DNA of 64,000 nucleotides. Source: an uncultured Actinomycetes bacterium (lineage in GTDB: Bacteria; Actinomycetota; Thermoleophilia; Gaiellales; Gaiellaceae). The stretch's first letter is position 1. The number at the start of each line of letters is the position of its first letter. Position numbers and translations under genes: made by a program. The DNA lies in assembly GCA_963705535.1 (NCBI GenBank), contig CAVPJY010000012.1, positions 67,069 through 131,068 of the forward strand, given 5' to 3'. The notes under the pieces were generated by a model. It was not told the origin of the DNA and did no database searches. It saw only the letters and a program-made list of their open reading frames with translations. This document shows positions 18,559 through 26,849 of this stretch, in pieces.

Positions 18559-20970
18559 TCACGCGCGAATCCGCTCGCGGCGCGGGTCGAAGAGCGGCTC
18601 CGCCGCGACCTCGCCCCCCACCCACTCTCCGAATATCTCCACCGCGACCTCCGTCCCGACGTCGTGCTCGGTGGGCAGGTACGCGTACGCGATCGAGCGC
18701 TCGACCGTGTAGCCGTAGCCTCCGCTCGTCACCCGCCCCACGAGCTCCCCGCCCGCGCGAACGGGCTCCGACCCGAGAGCAACGGCCCGTGGGTCGTCGA
18801 GCACGAGGCAGCGGAGCAGGCGCTCGGGCTCCCCGGCGGCCGCCAGCGCCTCGCGTCCCGTGAACGCGCCCTTGTCCAGCTTGACGGCGAAGCCGAGACC
18901 CGCCTCGAGCGGTGTGTCCTCGGGCGTGATGTCCGCGCCCCAGACCCGGTAGCCCTTCTCCAGGCGCAGCGAGTCGATCGCCTTGTAGCCGCCGGCCACG
19001 AGGTCGTGAGCACGCCCGGCCTCCCACAACGTGTCCCAGAGCGCGAGGCCGTACTCCGCCGGGCAGTAGAGCTCCCAGCCGAGCTCGCCGACGTACGTCA
19101 CGCGCAGCGCGAGGCACGGCACGTGCCCGACTGCGAGCTCGCGCGCGCGCATGTACGGGATCGACTCGTTGGACAGGTCCTCGGTCGTCAGCGGTTGGAG
19201 GATCTCGCGCGCCTTCGGGCCCCAGAGCCCCAGGCAGGCGTAGTGGGACGTGACGTCCATCACGCGCGCCGACCCGTCCTCGGGCTCGTGCTGCCGGATC
19301 CAGGCGAGGTCGTGCTGGCCGAACGCCGTTCCCGTGACGATGCGGAACCGGTCCTCCGCGAGCCGCGTGACCGTGAAGTCGCACTCGATCCCGCCCCGGG
19401 CGTTGAGCATCTGCGTGTAGGTGACCTGCCCGACGTCGCGACCGACGCGGTTCGCGCAGAGGCGCTCGAGCAGGTCCGCGGCGCCCTCGCCCGTCACCTC
19501 GATCTTGGCGAACGAGGACTCGTCGAAGAGCGCAGCGGCCTCGCGGCACGCGACGTGCTCGGCGCCGATCGCGGCCGACCAGAGCTTGCCCGCCCACCCG
19601 CGTGGGCGAAGCGTCTCGTCGCCGCCGGCAGCGTTGGGCTCGAACCAGTTGGCGCGCTCCCAGCCCGCCTTCTCGCCGAAGGCGGCTCCGAGCTCGACGA
19701 GCCGGGGATAGGCGGGCGAGAGCCGGAGCGGGCGACCGGCCGCGCGCTCGTGGCCGGGGTACTTGACGTCGTAGTAGGTCTCGTACACCTCCCTCGTGCG
19801 CGCGAGCGTGTACTCCGGGCTCCGGTACGCCGCCCCGAAGCGGCGGGAGTCCATGTGCCACACGTCGAGCGACGGCGTGCCCTCGACGATCCACTCCGCG
19901 ACCAGCTTCCCGAGGCCCCCGGCGCCGGCCAGGCCATGGGCGCAGAAGCCGGCCGCGACCCAGAAGCCGCGCACGTCCGACGGCCCGAGGATGAACTCGC
20001 CGTCGGGCGTGAAGGCCTCGGGGCCGTTGATCAGCCGGACGACCTCCATCTCACCCAGCGAGGGCACGCGGACGAGGGCGTTCTCCATGAGCTCCTCGAA
20101 GCGCGGCCAGTCCTCCTCGAGGAGCTTCGAGTTGAAGTCGGCCGGGATGCCGTCGAGACCCCAGGGCGCGCAGTGCCGCTCGTAGCCGCCCATGACGAGA
20201 CCCCCGGACTCGGGGCGGAAGTAGACGAGGAGCGACGGGTCGCGCATCGTGGGCATCTCGAGTGGGAGCCCGGCGGGCTTCGTCACGAGGTATTCGTGCG
20301 CCATAGGGACGATGGGCACGTTCACCCCTGCCAGCTCGCCGATCTCGCGCGCGTACATGCCCCCCGCGTCGATGACGATCTCCGTCTCGATCTCGCCGCG
20401 ATCGGTCTCGACCGCCTCGACGCGACCGCGTTGCACGCGGACGCCGGTCACTCGAGTGCGCTGCTCGATCTCGGCTCCGCGGCGCCGCGCTCCCTCGGCC
20501 AGGGCGAACGTGAGCTGGCTCGGGTCGACGTAGCCGTCCGTCGGGAGGTACGCAGCCCCGAGCACGCCGGCGGTCGACATGGGCGGGAAGAGCTCCTGTG
20601 CGTCCGTCGGGGAGATCAGCTCGAGCGGCAGGCCGAACGTCTTCGCCCAGCCTGCCTGCCGCGCGATCTCCTCCATCCGCTCCTGCGAGGACGCGAGCCG
20701 GAGCGACCCCACCTCGCGCCATCCGGTCTCGAGCTCGACCTCTGCCTCGAGCGAGCGGTAGAGGTCGACGCTCGCCATCATCATCTTCGTCAGGGAGAGC
20801 GAGCCGCGCAGCTGGCCCACGAGACCCGCGGAGTGGAACGTGGAGCCGCTCGTGAGCTCGGCGCGCTCGAGAAGCACGACGTCCCCCCAGCCGAGTCGCG
20901 CCAGCCAGTAGAGCACCGAGCAGCCGCCGACGCCGCCGCCGATCACCACCGCCCGCGCCCGGTCCCGCAT
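18559..20970 (-). CDS. FAD-dependent oxidoreductase fused to a GcvT-type aminomethyltransferase domain (dimethylglycine/sarcosine dehydrogenase family)
   Basis: ORF 18559..21348 trimmed to ATG at 20970 (MRDRARAVVIGGGVGGCSVLYWLA, a Rossmann GxGxxG). The C-terminal half has the GcvT folate-binding domain (GYKAIDSLRLEKGY...). Confidence 0.9.
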   Translation of the reverse strand: MRDRARAVVIGGGVGGCSVLYWLARLGWGDVVLLERAELTSGSTFHSAGLVGQLRGSLSLTKMMMASVDLYRSLEAEVELETGWREVGSLRLASSQERMEEIARQAGWAKTFGLPLELISPTDAQELFPPMSTAGVLGAAYLPTDGYVDPSQLTFALAEGARRRGAEIEQRTRVTGVRVQRGRVEAVETDRGEIETEIVIDAGGMYAREIGELAGVNVPIVPMAHEYLVTKPAGLPLEMPTMRDPSLLVYFRPESGGLVMGGYERHCAPWGLDGIPADFNSKLLEEDWPRFEELMENALVRVPSLGEMEVVRLINGPEAFTPDGEFILGPSDVRGFWVAAGFCAHGLAGAGGLGKLVAEWIVEGTPSLDVWHMDSRRFGAAYRSPEYTLARTREVYETYYDVKYPGHERAAGRPLRLSPAYPRLVELGAAFGEKAGWERANWFEPNAAGGDETLRPRGWAGKLWSAAIGAEHVACREAAALFDESSFAKIEVTGEGAADLLERLCANRVGRDVGQVTYTQMLNARGGIECDFTVTRLAEDRFRIVTGTAFGQHDLAWIRQHEPEDGSARVMDVTSHYACLGLWGPKAREILQPLTTEDLSNESIPYMRARELAVGHVPCLALRVTYVGELGWELYCPAEYGLALWDTLWEAGRAHDLVAGGYKAIDSLRLEKGYRVWGADITPEDTPLEAGLGFAVKLDKGAFTGREALAAAGEPERLLRCLVLDDPRAVALGSEPVRAGGELVGRVTSGGYGYTVERSIAYAYLPTEHDVGTEVAVEIFGEWVGGEVAAEPLFDPRRERIRA

Positions 20971-21032
20971 GCGGGGACAGTAATCCGACCGAGCGCGGGC
21001 GGCAGTGTGACGCGGCGAGCGGGGCCTGCCGC

Positions 21033-21095
21033 CGCAAATTGCGCCGAATTCCTTCGGACCCGCCCTTGAAGGACGTGGCCCTATGTGCATAGAGT
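21033..21095 (+). promoter_or_regulatory. Unit A: palindrome CGCAA-A-TTGCG plus promoter (TTGAAG, 18 nt, TAGAGT)
   Basis: Palindrome at 21033-21043, -35 at 21066-21071, -10 at 21090-21095. Read directly. Confidence 0.5.
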
Positions 21096-21101
21096 GCCGC
21101 T

Positions 21102-21245
21102 GCGCCGAGCACGGGGCGCCGGTAGGACGAAGCCCCCCGAGGAGCACTACGCGGAAGCGGAACGTTCGTCGGGAAGGTGGACAAAAGCGTTCCCGGCTCG
21201 GCGAATACTTTGCGGCCGGGCCTTCGGGCCCGGCCGTTCTCTCTC
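21102..21245 (+). ncRNA. Candidate structured small RNA, unit A (diverged paralog of units B and C), with terminator
   Basis: The 5' GCGCCGAG (21103-) pairs with CTCGGCG (about 21197-21203). Internal hairpins GGGG...CCCC and CGC-GGAA-GCG. Terminator GGCCGGGCC-TTCG-GGCCCGGCC at 21214-21235, followed by GTTCTCTCTC. Confidence 0.4.
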
Positions 21246-21301
21246 GAAGCACTAGAGCACGCGCTAGAGCGCGCAGTTCGACTCTGTGCGAAAAGAAAAC
21301 T

Positions 21302-21363
21302 TCGCAATTTGCGACATGTTCACTTTCGGATGCCTTGACGCCCCCCACGGGTGTCCCTAGTGT
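21302..21363 (+). promoter_or_regulatory. Unit B: palindrome TCGCAA-T-TTGCGA plus promoter (TTGACG, 17 nt, TAGTGT)
   Basis: Palindrome at 21302-21314, -35 at 21335-21340, -10 at 21358-21363. Confidence 0.5.
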
Positions 21364-21370
21364 CCGGCTT

Positions 21371-21480
21371 GCACCGAGTACGGAGCACCGGAGGTTGAAG
21401 GTTTCTCCGAGCGGCAGTCGCTTCGGCGGCGGTCAGTCGGAAAACCGGACGAAGGTGTCACCGGCTCGGTGCATTTCTTT
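21371..21480 (+). ncRNA. Candidate structured small RNA, unit B (~110 nt)
   Basis: Closing helix GCACCGAG (21371-21378) with CTCGGTGC (21465-21472), followed by ATTTCTTT. Internal hairpins GGAG...CTCC, GTCGC-TTCG-GCGGC and GTCGG-AAAA-CCGGAC. Confidence 0.45.
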
Positions 21481-21486
21481 GCTCTT

Positions 21487-21744
21487 CCTTCCCGCAGCTC
21501 GGTGCTCCGCGAACGCGGAGCACCGAGCGCGAAGATCCCTGAAGGCGGCCGCTTCGCGGCCGCTGTCGCGCGTCAGGACCGCCTCGAGACGACAGGAGGG
21601 GAGATCGCCCCGTCTCCTTCCCGCAGCTCGGTGCTCCGCGAACGCGGAGCACCGAGCGCGAAGATCCCCGAAGGCGGCCGCTTCGCGGCCGCTGTCGCGC
21701 GTCAGGACCGCCTCGATACGACAGGAGGAGCTCGCCCCGTCGCC
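21487..21744. repeat. Two tandem copies of a 129-nt REP-like module
   Basis: CCTTCCCGCAG starts at 21487 and again at 21616. Each copy holds hairpin CGGTGCTCCGC-GAAC-GCGGAGCACCG, then GATCCC(T/C)GAAG, then hairpin GCGGCCGC-TTCG-GCGGCCGC. The copies differ at only a few positions. Confidence 0.85.
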
Positions 21745-21757
21745 TTTTGTCAACCTT

Positions 21758-21820
21758 CGCAATTTGCGCGAAGTTCGTTCTGAGGCGCGCTTGACCCAGG
21801 GGCCCTCGCCTGCATAGAGT
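21758..21820 (+). promoter_or_regulatory. Unit C: palindrome CGCAA-T-TTGCG plus promoter (TTGACC, 18 nt, TAGAGT)
   Basis: Palindrome at 21758-21768 (also CTTCGC...GCGAAG at 21755-21773), -35 at 21791-21796, -10 at 21815-21820. Confidence 0.5.
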
Positions 21821-21826
21821 GGGGAT

Positions 21827-21935
21827 GCACCGAGTACGGAGCGTCCGAGGTTGATGGTTCTCCGAGCGGCAGCCGTTTCGGCGGCGGTCAGTCGGAAAGC
21901 CGGACGAAGGCGCCACCGGCTCGGTGCATTTCTTT
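21827..21935 (+). ncRNA. Candidate structured small RNA, unit C (~109 nt, about 90% identical to B by eye)
   Basis: Closing helix GCACCGAG (21827-21834) with CTCGGTGC (21920-21927), followed by ATTTCTTT. Hairpin GCCGT-TTCG-GCGGC keeps pairing relative to unit B. Confidence 0.45.
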
Positions 21936-21937
21936 GT

Positions 21938-22060
21938 CCGCAGCTCGGTGCTCCCCGGGGGAACACCGAGTGCGAATCCCTGAAGGCGGCCGCTTCGCGG
22001 CCGCTGTCGCGCGTCGAGACCAGCGGCTCCACGAAGCGCCGGCGCCACCTCTGAAGACGC
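21938..22060. repeat. Third, diverged REP-like module
   Basis: Hairpin CTCGGTGCTCCCC-GGGGGAACACCGAG, then AATCCCTGAAG, then hairpin GCGGCCGC-TTCG-GCGGCCGC. Same architecture as 21487-21744. Confidence 0.75.
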
Positions 22061-22081
22061 GCGCCGGGGCCGAGCGGCTCG

Positions 22082-23248
22082 GTGCGTATGCTCGAACGCG
22101 TGCGACGGCTCCTCGTTCTCGTCTCCGCGGTGATCTTCGTGGACGCGATGCTCTTCACCGCCCTGACACCGCTCGTGCCGGACTACGCGGACGAGTTCGA
22201 CCTGTCGAAGACCGGCGCGGGCCTCCTCCTCGGGGCGTTCGGCGCGGGTGCGCTCCTCGGCGGCGTCCCAGGAGGAATCGCCGCGGCGAGGCTCGGGCCG
22301 AGGACGGCCGTCGTGGGCGGCCTCGTCCTGCTCGGCGTCGCGAGCTTCGCGTTCGCGGCCGCCGACACCGCGGCGACGCTCGGAATCGCACGGTTCGTCC
22401 AGGGCTTCTCGAGCACCACCACCTGGGCAGGCGCTCTCGCCTGGATCGCCGTGGCGGCGCCGGCTTCGAGACGCGGTGAGGTGATCGGGACGGCCTTCGG
22501 CGCCGCGGTGTTCGGCGCGATCATCGGGCCGATGTTCGGCGGCGTGGCCGAGGCGGTGGGGATCCGCCTCGCGTTCGGGACACTCGGGGTCGTCGCCCTC
22601 GGCTTCGCCGGGCTCGCGCTCCTCCCCCGCTCGTCGGACTGCGAGCCGCTCACCCGCAGCGGCCTCGCGCGTGCGTTCTCGGACACCCGCTTCATCGGAG
22701 GGCTCTGGCTCAACACCCTCCCCGCGCTGCTCTTCGGAACGCTCGCGGTGCTGGCGCCGCTCGCCCTCGACGACGCCGGCTGGACGACGCTCGCGATCGG
22801 ATCCGTCTTCTTCGCCGCAGGCCTGCTCGAGGTGGTGATCAGCCCGATTCTCGGGCGTACCAGCGACCGGCGCGGCCGGCTCCTCCCCATCCGTGCTGCA
22901 CTCGCGGCGTCGATCGTCGTCGCGAGCCTGCTCGCGCTCGCGTCGCAACCCGCGGCAATCGCAATCCTCATCGGCGCGGCAGCGTTGAGCTTCGGCGGCT
23001 TCTACGCTCCGGGCATGGCCCTGACCTCGCACCGCGCCGAGACGGCCGGCCTCGCGCAGGGTCTCGCGTTCGGGATCATGAACAGCGCGTGGGCGCTCGG
23101 GAACATGACGGGACCGGTCGCGGGAGGCGCGCTCGCGTCTGCCTTCGGCGACGCGGCTCCCTACCTGCTCGGCGCCGGGCTCTGCGCGCTGACCCTCCTC
23201 GCGAGCCAGCGAGTCGTCGGGCGGGGGGTGAGACCGCGTGAAGCGTGA
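22082..23248 (+). CDS. MFS transporter
   Basis: ORF track (GTG at 22082; alternative ATG at 22088). About 12 TM helices. The LGPRTAVVGGL loop is the MFS motif-A position. Confidence 0.9.
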   Translation: MRMLERVRRLLVLVSAVIFVDAMLFTALTPLVPDYADEFDLSKTGAGLLLGAFGAGALLGGVPGGIAAARLGPRTAVVGGLVLLGVASFAFAAADTAATLGIARFVQGFSSTTTWAGALAWIAVAAPASRRGEVIGTAFGAAVFGAIIGPMFGGVAEAVGIRLAFGTLGVVALGFAGLALLPRSSDCEPLTRSGLARAFSDTRFIGGLWLNTLPALLFGTLAVLAPLALDDAGWTTLAIGSVFFAAGLLEVVISPILGRTSDRRGRLLPIRAALAASIVVASLLALASQPAAIAILIGAAALSFGGFYAPGMALTSHRAETAGLAQGLAFGIMNSAWALGNMTGPVAGGALASAFGDAAPYLLGAGLCALTLLASQRVVGRGVRPREA

Positions 23249-23834
23249 GGACTGGAACCGTCGCTACACGGAGGTCGATTCGCTCTGGAGCCTCACGCCC
23301 AACCGGTTCCTCGTCGCCGAGGTTGCGGGCCTCCGTCCCGGACGTGCGCTCGACCTCGCCTGCGGCGAGGGCCGGAACGCGATCTGGCTCGCGGAGCGAG
23401 GCTGGCACGTGACAGCCGTCGACTTCTCCGACGTGGCGATTGCCAAGGCCCAACGCCGCGCAGCGGACGAGGACGTCGACGTCGACTTCCAGGTGGAGGA
23501 CCTGCTCGCCTTCGAACCCGAGGCTCGCGCGTTCGACCTCGTCCTCGTGCTCTACCTGCAGCTCCCGGCCGCGGAGCGCCGCAGCGTCCTCGTCACGGCC
23601 GCGGAGGCGGTCGCCCCCGGAGGGACGCTGCTCCTCGTCGGCCACGACTTGCTCAACGCGACCGAAGGGGTCGGGGGCCCGAGCGACCCGGGCGTCCTGT
23701 ACACACCCGACGACATCGTCGCGGAGCTGCACGGGCTCGAGATCGAGAAGGCCGAGCGCGTCCACCGCGACGTGGACGACGCGGAGCGGCCCGCGATCGA
23801 CGCCCTTGTGCGGGCGACGCGGCCACACCGGTGA
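23238..23834 (+). CDS. Class I SAM-dependent methyltransferase
   Basis: ORF track. Motif I is ALDLACGEGRNAIWLAERG. Overlaps the MFS stop. Confidence 0.85.
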   Translation: MKREDWNRRYTEVDSLWSLTPNRFLVAEVAGLRPGRALDLACGEGRNAIWLAERGWHVTAVDFSDVAIAKAQRRAADEDVDVDFQVEDLLAFEPEARAFDLVLVLYLQLPAAERRSVLVTAAEAVAPGGTLLLVGHDLLNATEGVGGPSDPGVLYTPDDIVAELHGLEIEKAERVHRDVDDAERPAIDALVRATRPHR

Positions 23835-24301
23835 CCGCGTCCCGGGACGAGCGCCACCTCCGGCGCACGCTCGAGCTCGCGCGACTCGCACGCGAGCGCG
23901 GGAACCACCCCTTCGGCGCGCTCCTCGCCGATCCTCGGGGCTCGGTGATCGAGGCCGAGAACACGCTCGTGACGGACCCGGACTGGACGGGGCACGCGGA
24001 GCTGAACGCCGTGCGTGCCGCGGGCGCCGCGCTCGGGCTCGTGGACCTAGGCGCGTACACCCTGTACGCGAGCACCGAGCCGTGCGCGATGTGCACGTCG
24101 GCCGCGTACTGGGCAGGAGTCGGGCGGATCGTGTTCGCCCTCGGCGCCGAGAGGTTCCGCGAGCTCGCCGGCATCGGCGAGGACGGGGAGAAGCTCGCGC
24201 TCTCGTGCCGAGACGTCCTCTCCCGCGGCGGGCGCAGCGTCACGGTCAGCGGGCCGCACCTCGAGGAGGAGGCCTGGGCCGTCCACGACGGCTTCTGGTG
24301 A
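23831..24301 (+). CDS. Nucleoside/nucleotide (CDA-fold) zinc deaminase
   Basis: ORF track. Has the HAELNAV and PCAMC zinc-ligand motifs. GTGA overlap with the methyltransferase gene. Confidence 0.85.
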   Translation: MTASRDERHLRRTLELARLARERGNHPFGALLADPRGSVIEAENTLVTDPDWTGHAELNAVRAAGAALGLVDLGAYTLYASTEPCAMCTSAAYWAGVGRIVFALGAERFRELAGIGEDGEKLALSCRDVLSRGGRSVTVSGPHLEEEAWAVHDGFW

Positions 24302-24365
24302 GCTCACAAGACAGGCGGTCTCCAGGGGCGCTCGGTCACCACGCGAGCGAGCCCACGCAGACATA

Positions 24366-24492
24366 GCGGCCGCGAAGCGGCCGCCTTCAGGGATTCGGTC
24401 GCACTCCCGGCTCGCGCGAGCGAGCCGGGAGTGCTGGCCAGGGAATCAGGGATTTCGCGCGGCCCTGGATCCGCTTCTGCGGATCCAGGGCC
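24366..24492. repeat. REP-like three-hairpin element
   Basis: Hairpin GCGGCCGC-GAAG-CGGCCGC (24366-24384), then CTTCAGGGAT, then hairpin GCACTCCCGGCTCGC-GCGA-GCGAGCCGGGAGTGC (24401-24434), then hairpin GGCCCTGGATCCGC-TTCT-GCGGATCCAGGGCC (24461-24492). Lies between convergent genes. Confidence 0.8.
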
Positions 24493-24496
24493 TGCG

Positions 24497-25000
24497 CTAA
24501 GAGTCGTACGGGCCCTCGGCGAGGAGCTTCCGGAACTGGGCGAACTGGCCCGCTTTGCCGACCGCGACCAGGGTGTCGCCCTGCTGGATCACGTCGCCTG
24601 GCTGAGCGCCGCTGATCGGCTCCGGCTCGCGGAGGATCGCGATGACGGTCACGCCCGTCCTCGCGCGCAACCCGCACTCGGCGAGCGTGCGGCTGATCGC
24701 CGGGCTCGAGTCGGGGACCGGGATCCACTCGATCTGGAGCTCGCCGAGCGCCATCTCGAGCTCCTCGACGATCTTCGGGCGCTCGTACGCGCCGCCGAGA
24801 ATCGCGCCCAGCTGACGAGCCTCGTCGTCCTGCAGCTCGATGACGCTCGTCGCGTCGTCGTCCGCCGCGCGCCGGTAGTAGTAGATGTCCCGCTGGCCGT
24901 CCATGTGGAGGATCACGGACACCCGACCGCCGTGAGCGAGGTGGAAGGCGTACTTGAAACCCACGCCAGGCAGGCGCGTCTCTCGGACGTCGAGGGGCAT
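24497..25000 (-). CDS. Cation:proton antiporter regulatory subunit (KhtT-like, TrkA-C domain)
   Basis: ORF track. MPLDVRETRLPGVGFKY...SRTLAECGLRARTGVTVIAILR...GDTLVAVG matches the KhtT architecture. Translationally coupled to the upstream CPA2 gene. Confidence 0.8.
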   Translation of the reverse strand: MPLDVRETRLPGVGFKYAFHLAHGGRVSVILHMDGQRDIYYYRRAADDDATSVIELQDDEARQLGAILGGAYERPKIVEELEMALGELQIEWIPVPDSSPAISRTLAECGLRARTGVTVIAILREPEPISGAQPGDVIQQGDTLVAVGKAGQFAQFRKLLAEGPYDS

Positions 25001-26181
25001 CAGGTCTCTCCAGTCAGTCTAGGGATCGAGAACAGGGCGCGTCCCAGCCGCTTCGACTCCTTCATCAGGACGATGCCGATCGTGGCCGTGACGAGGACGT
25101 AGAGACCGGCGAATGCCACGAGGTCCGCGCTGTCCGCGGGATCGATCGCGGGGTTGTCGGAGGCGAGCTGGGCGAGGATGACGGTGAACTCCCCGTGCGC
25201 GACGAGCGCGACGCCGGCGTTCAGGCTCTGCCGGCTCGTGAAACCGCCGATGCGGCCGGCGGCGAGGCCGCCGCCGATCTTGCCGACGAGCGTGACGAGC
25301 ACAGCGAGCGCCACGATCCAGCCGACGTCGCCGAGCGCCGAGAGGTCGATGGACAGGCCGAAGACGAAGAAGAACAGGGCCGCGAAGATGTCGCGGAAGC
25401 TGAAGAAGCGCTCCTCGATCTGCTCCCGGACGGACGTCTCCGAGAGCACGATCCCGGCCATGAGGGCGCCGATCGCCTCGGAGAGCCCGAGCTCGTCCGC
25501 GATCGCGGCACTGCCCACGAGGAAGCCGAAGACGACGAGCAGGAAGAACTCCAGCGGCAGGCGGTCGAGCAGGCGGTCGAGCGGTCTCGCGAGCCAGCGG
25601 GAAGCCGCCAGTCCGGCAGTGACGAAGGCGAGCGCCTTGGCGACGAGGACGAGCGTGTCCGAGGGCTCGCCCCCACCCGCGGCCGCGAAGCCGAGCATGA
25701 ACGCGATGACGAGGTCCTCGAAGATGAGGATCGCGAGGATGAGGTCGGTCTCGTCGTCGGCCAGCCGGCGGAAGTCGATCAGACCCTTGACCGCGATCGC
25801 GCTCGACGAGACGTAGATGCACGCGGCCAGGACGACCGCCGCGGAAGACAGGCCGAAGGCGGCGATCCCCACGACGAGGCCGAGCGCCGCGTTCACGACC
25901 AGGTCGATCGTGCCCCCGAGCCCGACGTGACGCCCCGTTCGCATGAGCCGCGCGAGGCTGAACTCGAGCCCGAGGAAGAAGAGGAGGAAGACGATCCCGA
26001 GCTCCGCCACGAACTCGGTGACCTCGGAGGGGCTGATGAGGTAGAGCTCGCTCGGCTCGTTGGGGCCGAGGAGGAGCCCCGCCAGCAGGTACGCGGGAAT
26101 CGCCGAGAGACCGAAGCGCCGCGCCACGAGCCCGAGGACGGCCAGCACTCCGACCGTCAGCGCGAGCTCGGCGAGCGTCAT
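25000..26181 (-). CDS. CPA2 family monovalent cation:proton antiporter (KhtU/Kef-like)
   Basis: ORF track, a roughly 12-TM Na_H_exchanger-type sequence (LLAGLLLGPN, AELGIVFLLFFLGLEF). Confidence 0.9.
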   Translation of the reverse strand: MTLAELALTVGVLAVLGLVARRFGLSAIPAYLLAGLLLGPNEPSELYLISPSEVTEFVAELGIVFLLFFLGLEFSLARLMRTGRHVGLGGTIDLVVNAALGLVVGIAAFGLSSAAVVLAACIYVSSSAIAVKGLIDFRRLADDETDLILAILIFEDLVIAFMLGFAAAGGGEPSDTLVLVAKALAFVTAGLAASRWLARPLDRLLDRLPLEFFLLVVFGFLVGSAAIADELGLSEAIGALMAGIVLSETSVREQIEERFFSFRDIFAALFFFVFGLSIDLSALGDVGWIVALAVLVTLVGKIGGGLAAGRIGGFTSRQSLNAGVALVAHGEFTVILAQLASDNPAIDPADSADLVAFAGLYVLVTATIGIVLMKESKRLGRALFSIPRLTGET

Positions 26182-26245
26182 GCGCCCATTCTTCCCTGCC
26201 TCGTCGTCCCGCGCGTGCGTGTTGCCTATGCGGCAGCGGCCGGCT

Positions 26246-26815
26246 TCAGGCTCGCGCCGTCCGCGGGACCGGCAGCGCGACGTCGAGCTCCGGCGGGAAG
26301 CGCGCGAGGACCCACGACTCGTCGAGCGGCTCGAGACGGTAGTCGCGACCGTTCACGAGCGCGAACTCGCCAGTGCGAGGATCCATCGGCAGCTGGGACT
26401 CGATCGGATACCAGCGGTTGTGACGTTCGATCAGGTCGTTCACGTCCCTGAAGTCGACCGCCCGGGCCGCGGCGAGCCAGCGCCGACGAAAGCCGCGCGC
26501 GTCGGCGAGGCAGTCGGCCGCGAGCGCCTGCCACGCCTCGCGGAGCGCCTCCTGCTGCTCCTCGAGCCTACGCTCGATGTCGTGGAGACGGAGCATGTAG
26601 TGGAGCGGCCCACGTGCTGCCGCGAGATACGAGTCCGCCCGCGGGCGGAAGTTGCGAAGACGAAGCGGGAGCGGCCTGCCACGCGCGGGGTTGGACCGAA
26701 GGTCCTCCTCGAGGCCCGCACGCTCGCGGCGGTCCCGCGGCGTCTCGGGAAGGACGACTCCCTGGCGCATGATGGCCTCGCGCTCGGCCTTCTCCACGCC
26801 CCCATTAGAGCGCAC
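26246..26815 (-). CDS. Hypothetical protein
   Basis: ORF track, 189 aa, soluble, no family recognised. An alternative start at 26770 is possible. Confidence 0.5.
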   Translation of the reverse strand: MRSNGGVEKAEREAIMRQGVVLPETPRDRRERAGLEEDLRSNPARGRPLPLRLRNFRPRADSYLAAARGPLHYMLRLHDIERRLEEQQEALREAWQALAADCLADARGFRRRWLAAARAVDFRDVNDLIERHNRWYPIESQLPMDPRTGEFALVNGRDYRLEPLDESWVLARFPPELDVALPVPRTARA

Positions 26816-26849
26816 GCGACCGGCGTCGGCGCCACCGAGACGTCCTCGG

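Noticed and set aside
20971-21032. Leaderless promoter for the DMGDH-like gene (TACTGT, 6 nt before the ATG at 20970, minus strand)
   Set aside because: The -10-like hexamer fits TANNNT, but I found no acceptable -35. A single hexamer is too weak to call. It is mentioned here for follow-up with TSS mapping.
21487-21744. Possible CRISPR array, because of the regular repeats
   Set aside because: There are only two (plus one diverged) long ~129-nt units, directly abutting with no unique spacers. There are no cas genes. The units are themselves composed of hairpins, so this is a tandem REP-like repeat.
21371-21935. RNAs B and C as SRP (4.5S) RNA or as a glycine riboswitch
   Set aside because: GGUCAGUCGGAAAACCGGACGAAGG is only superficially like the SRP helix-8 GGUCAGGUCCGGAAGGAAGCAGCC, because the AGCA/GGAA symmetric-loop signature is missing. 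Three tandem copies would also be odd for ffs. The glycine-riboswitch core (GGAGAG...CACCGAAGGGGCAA...CUCAGGCAAAAGGAC) is not present.
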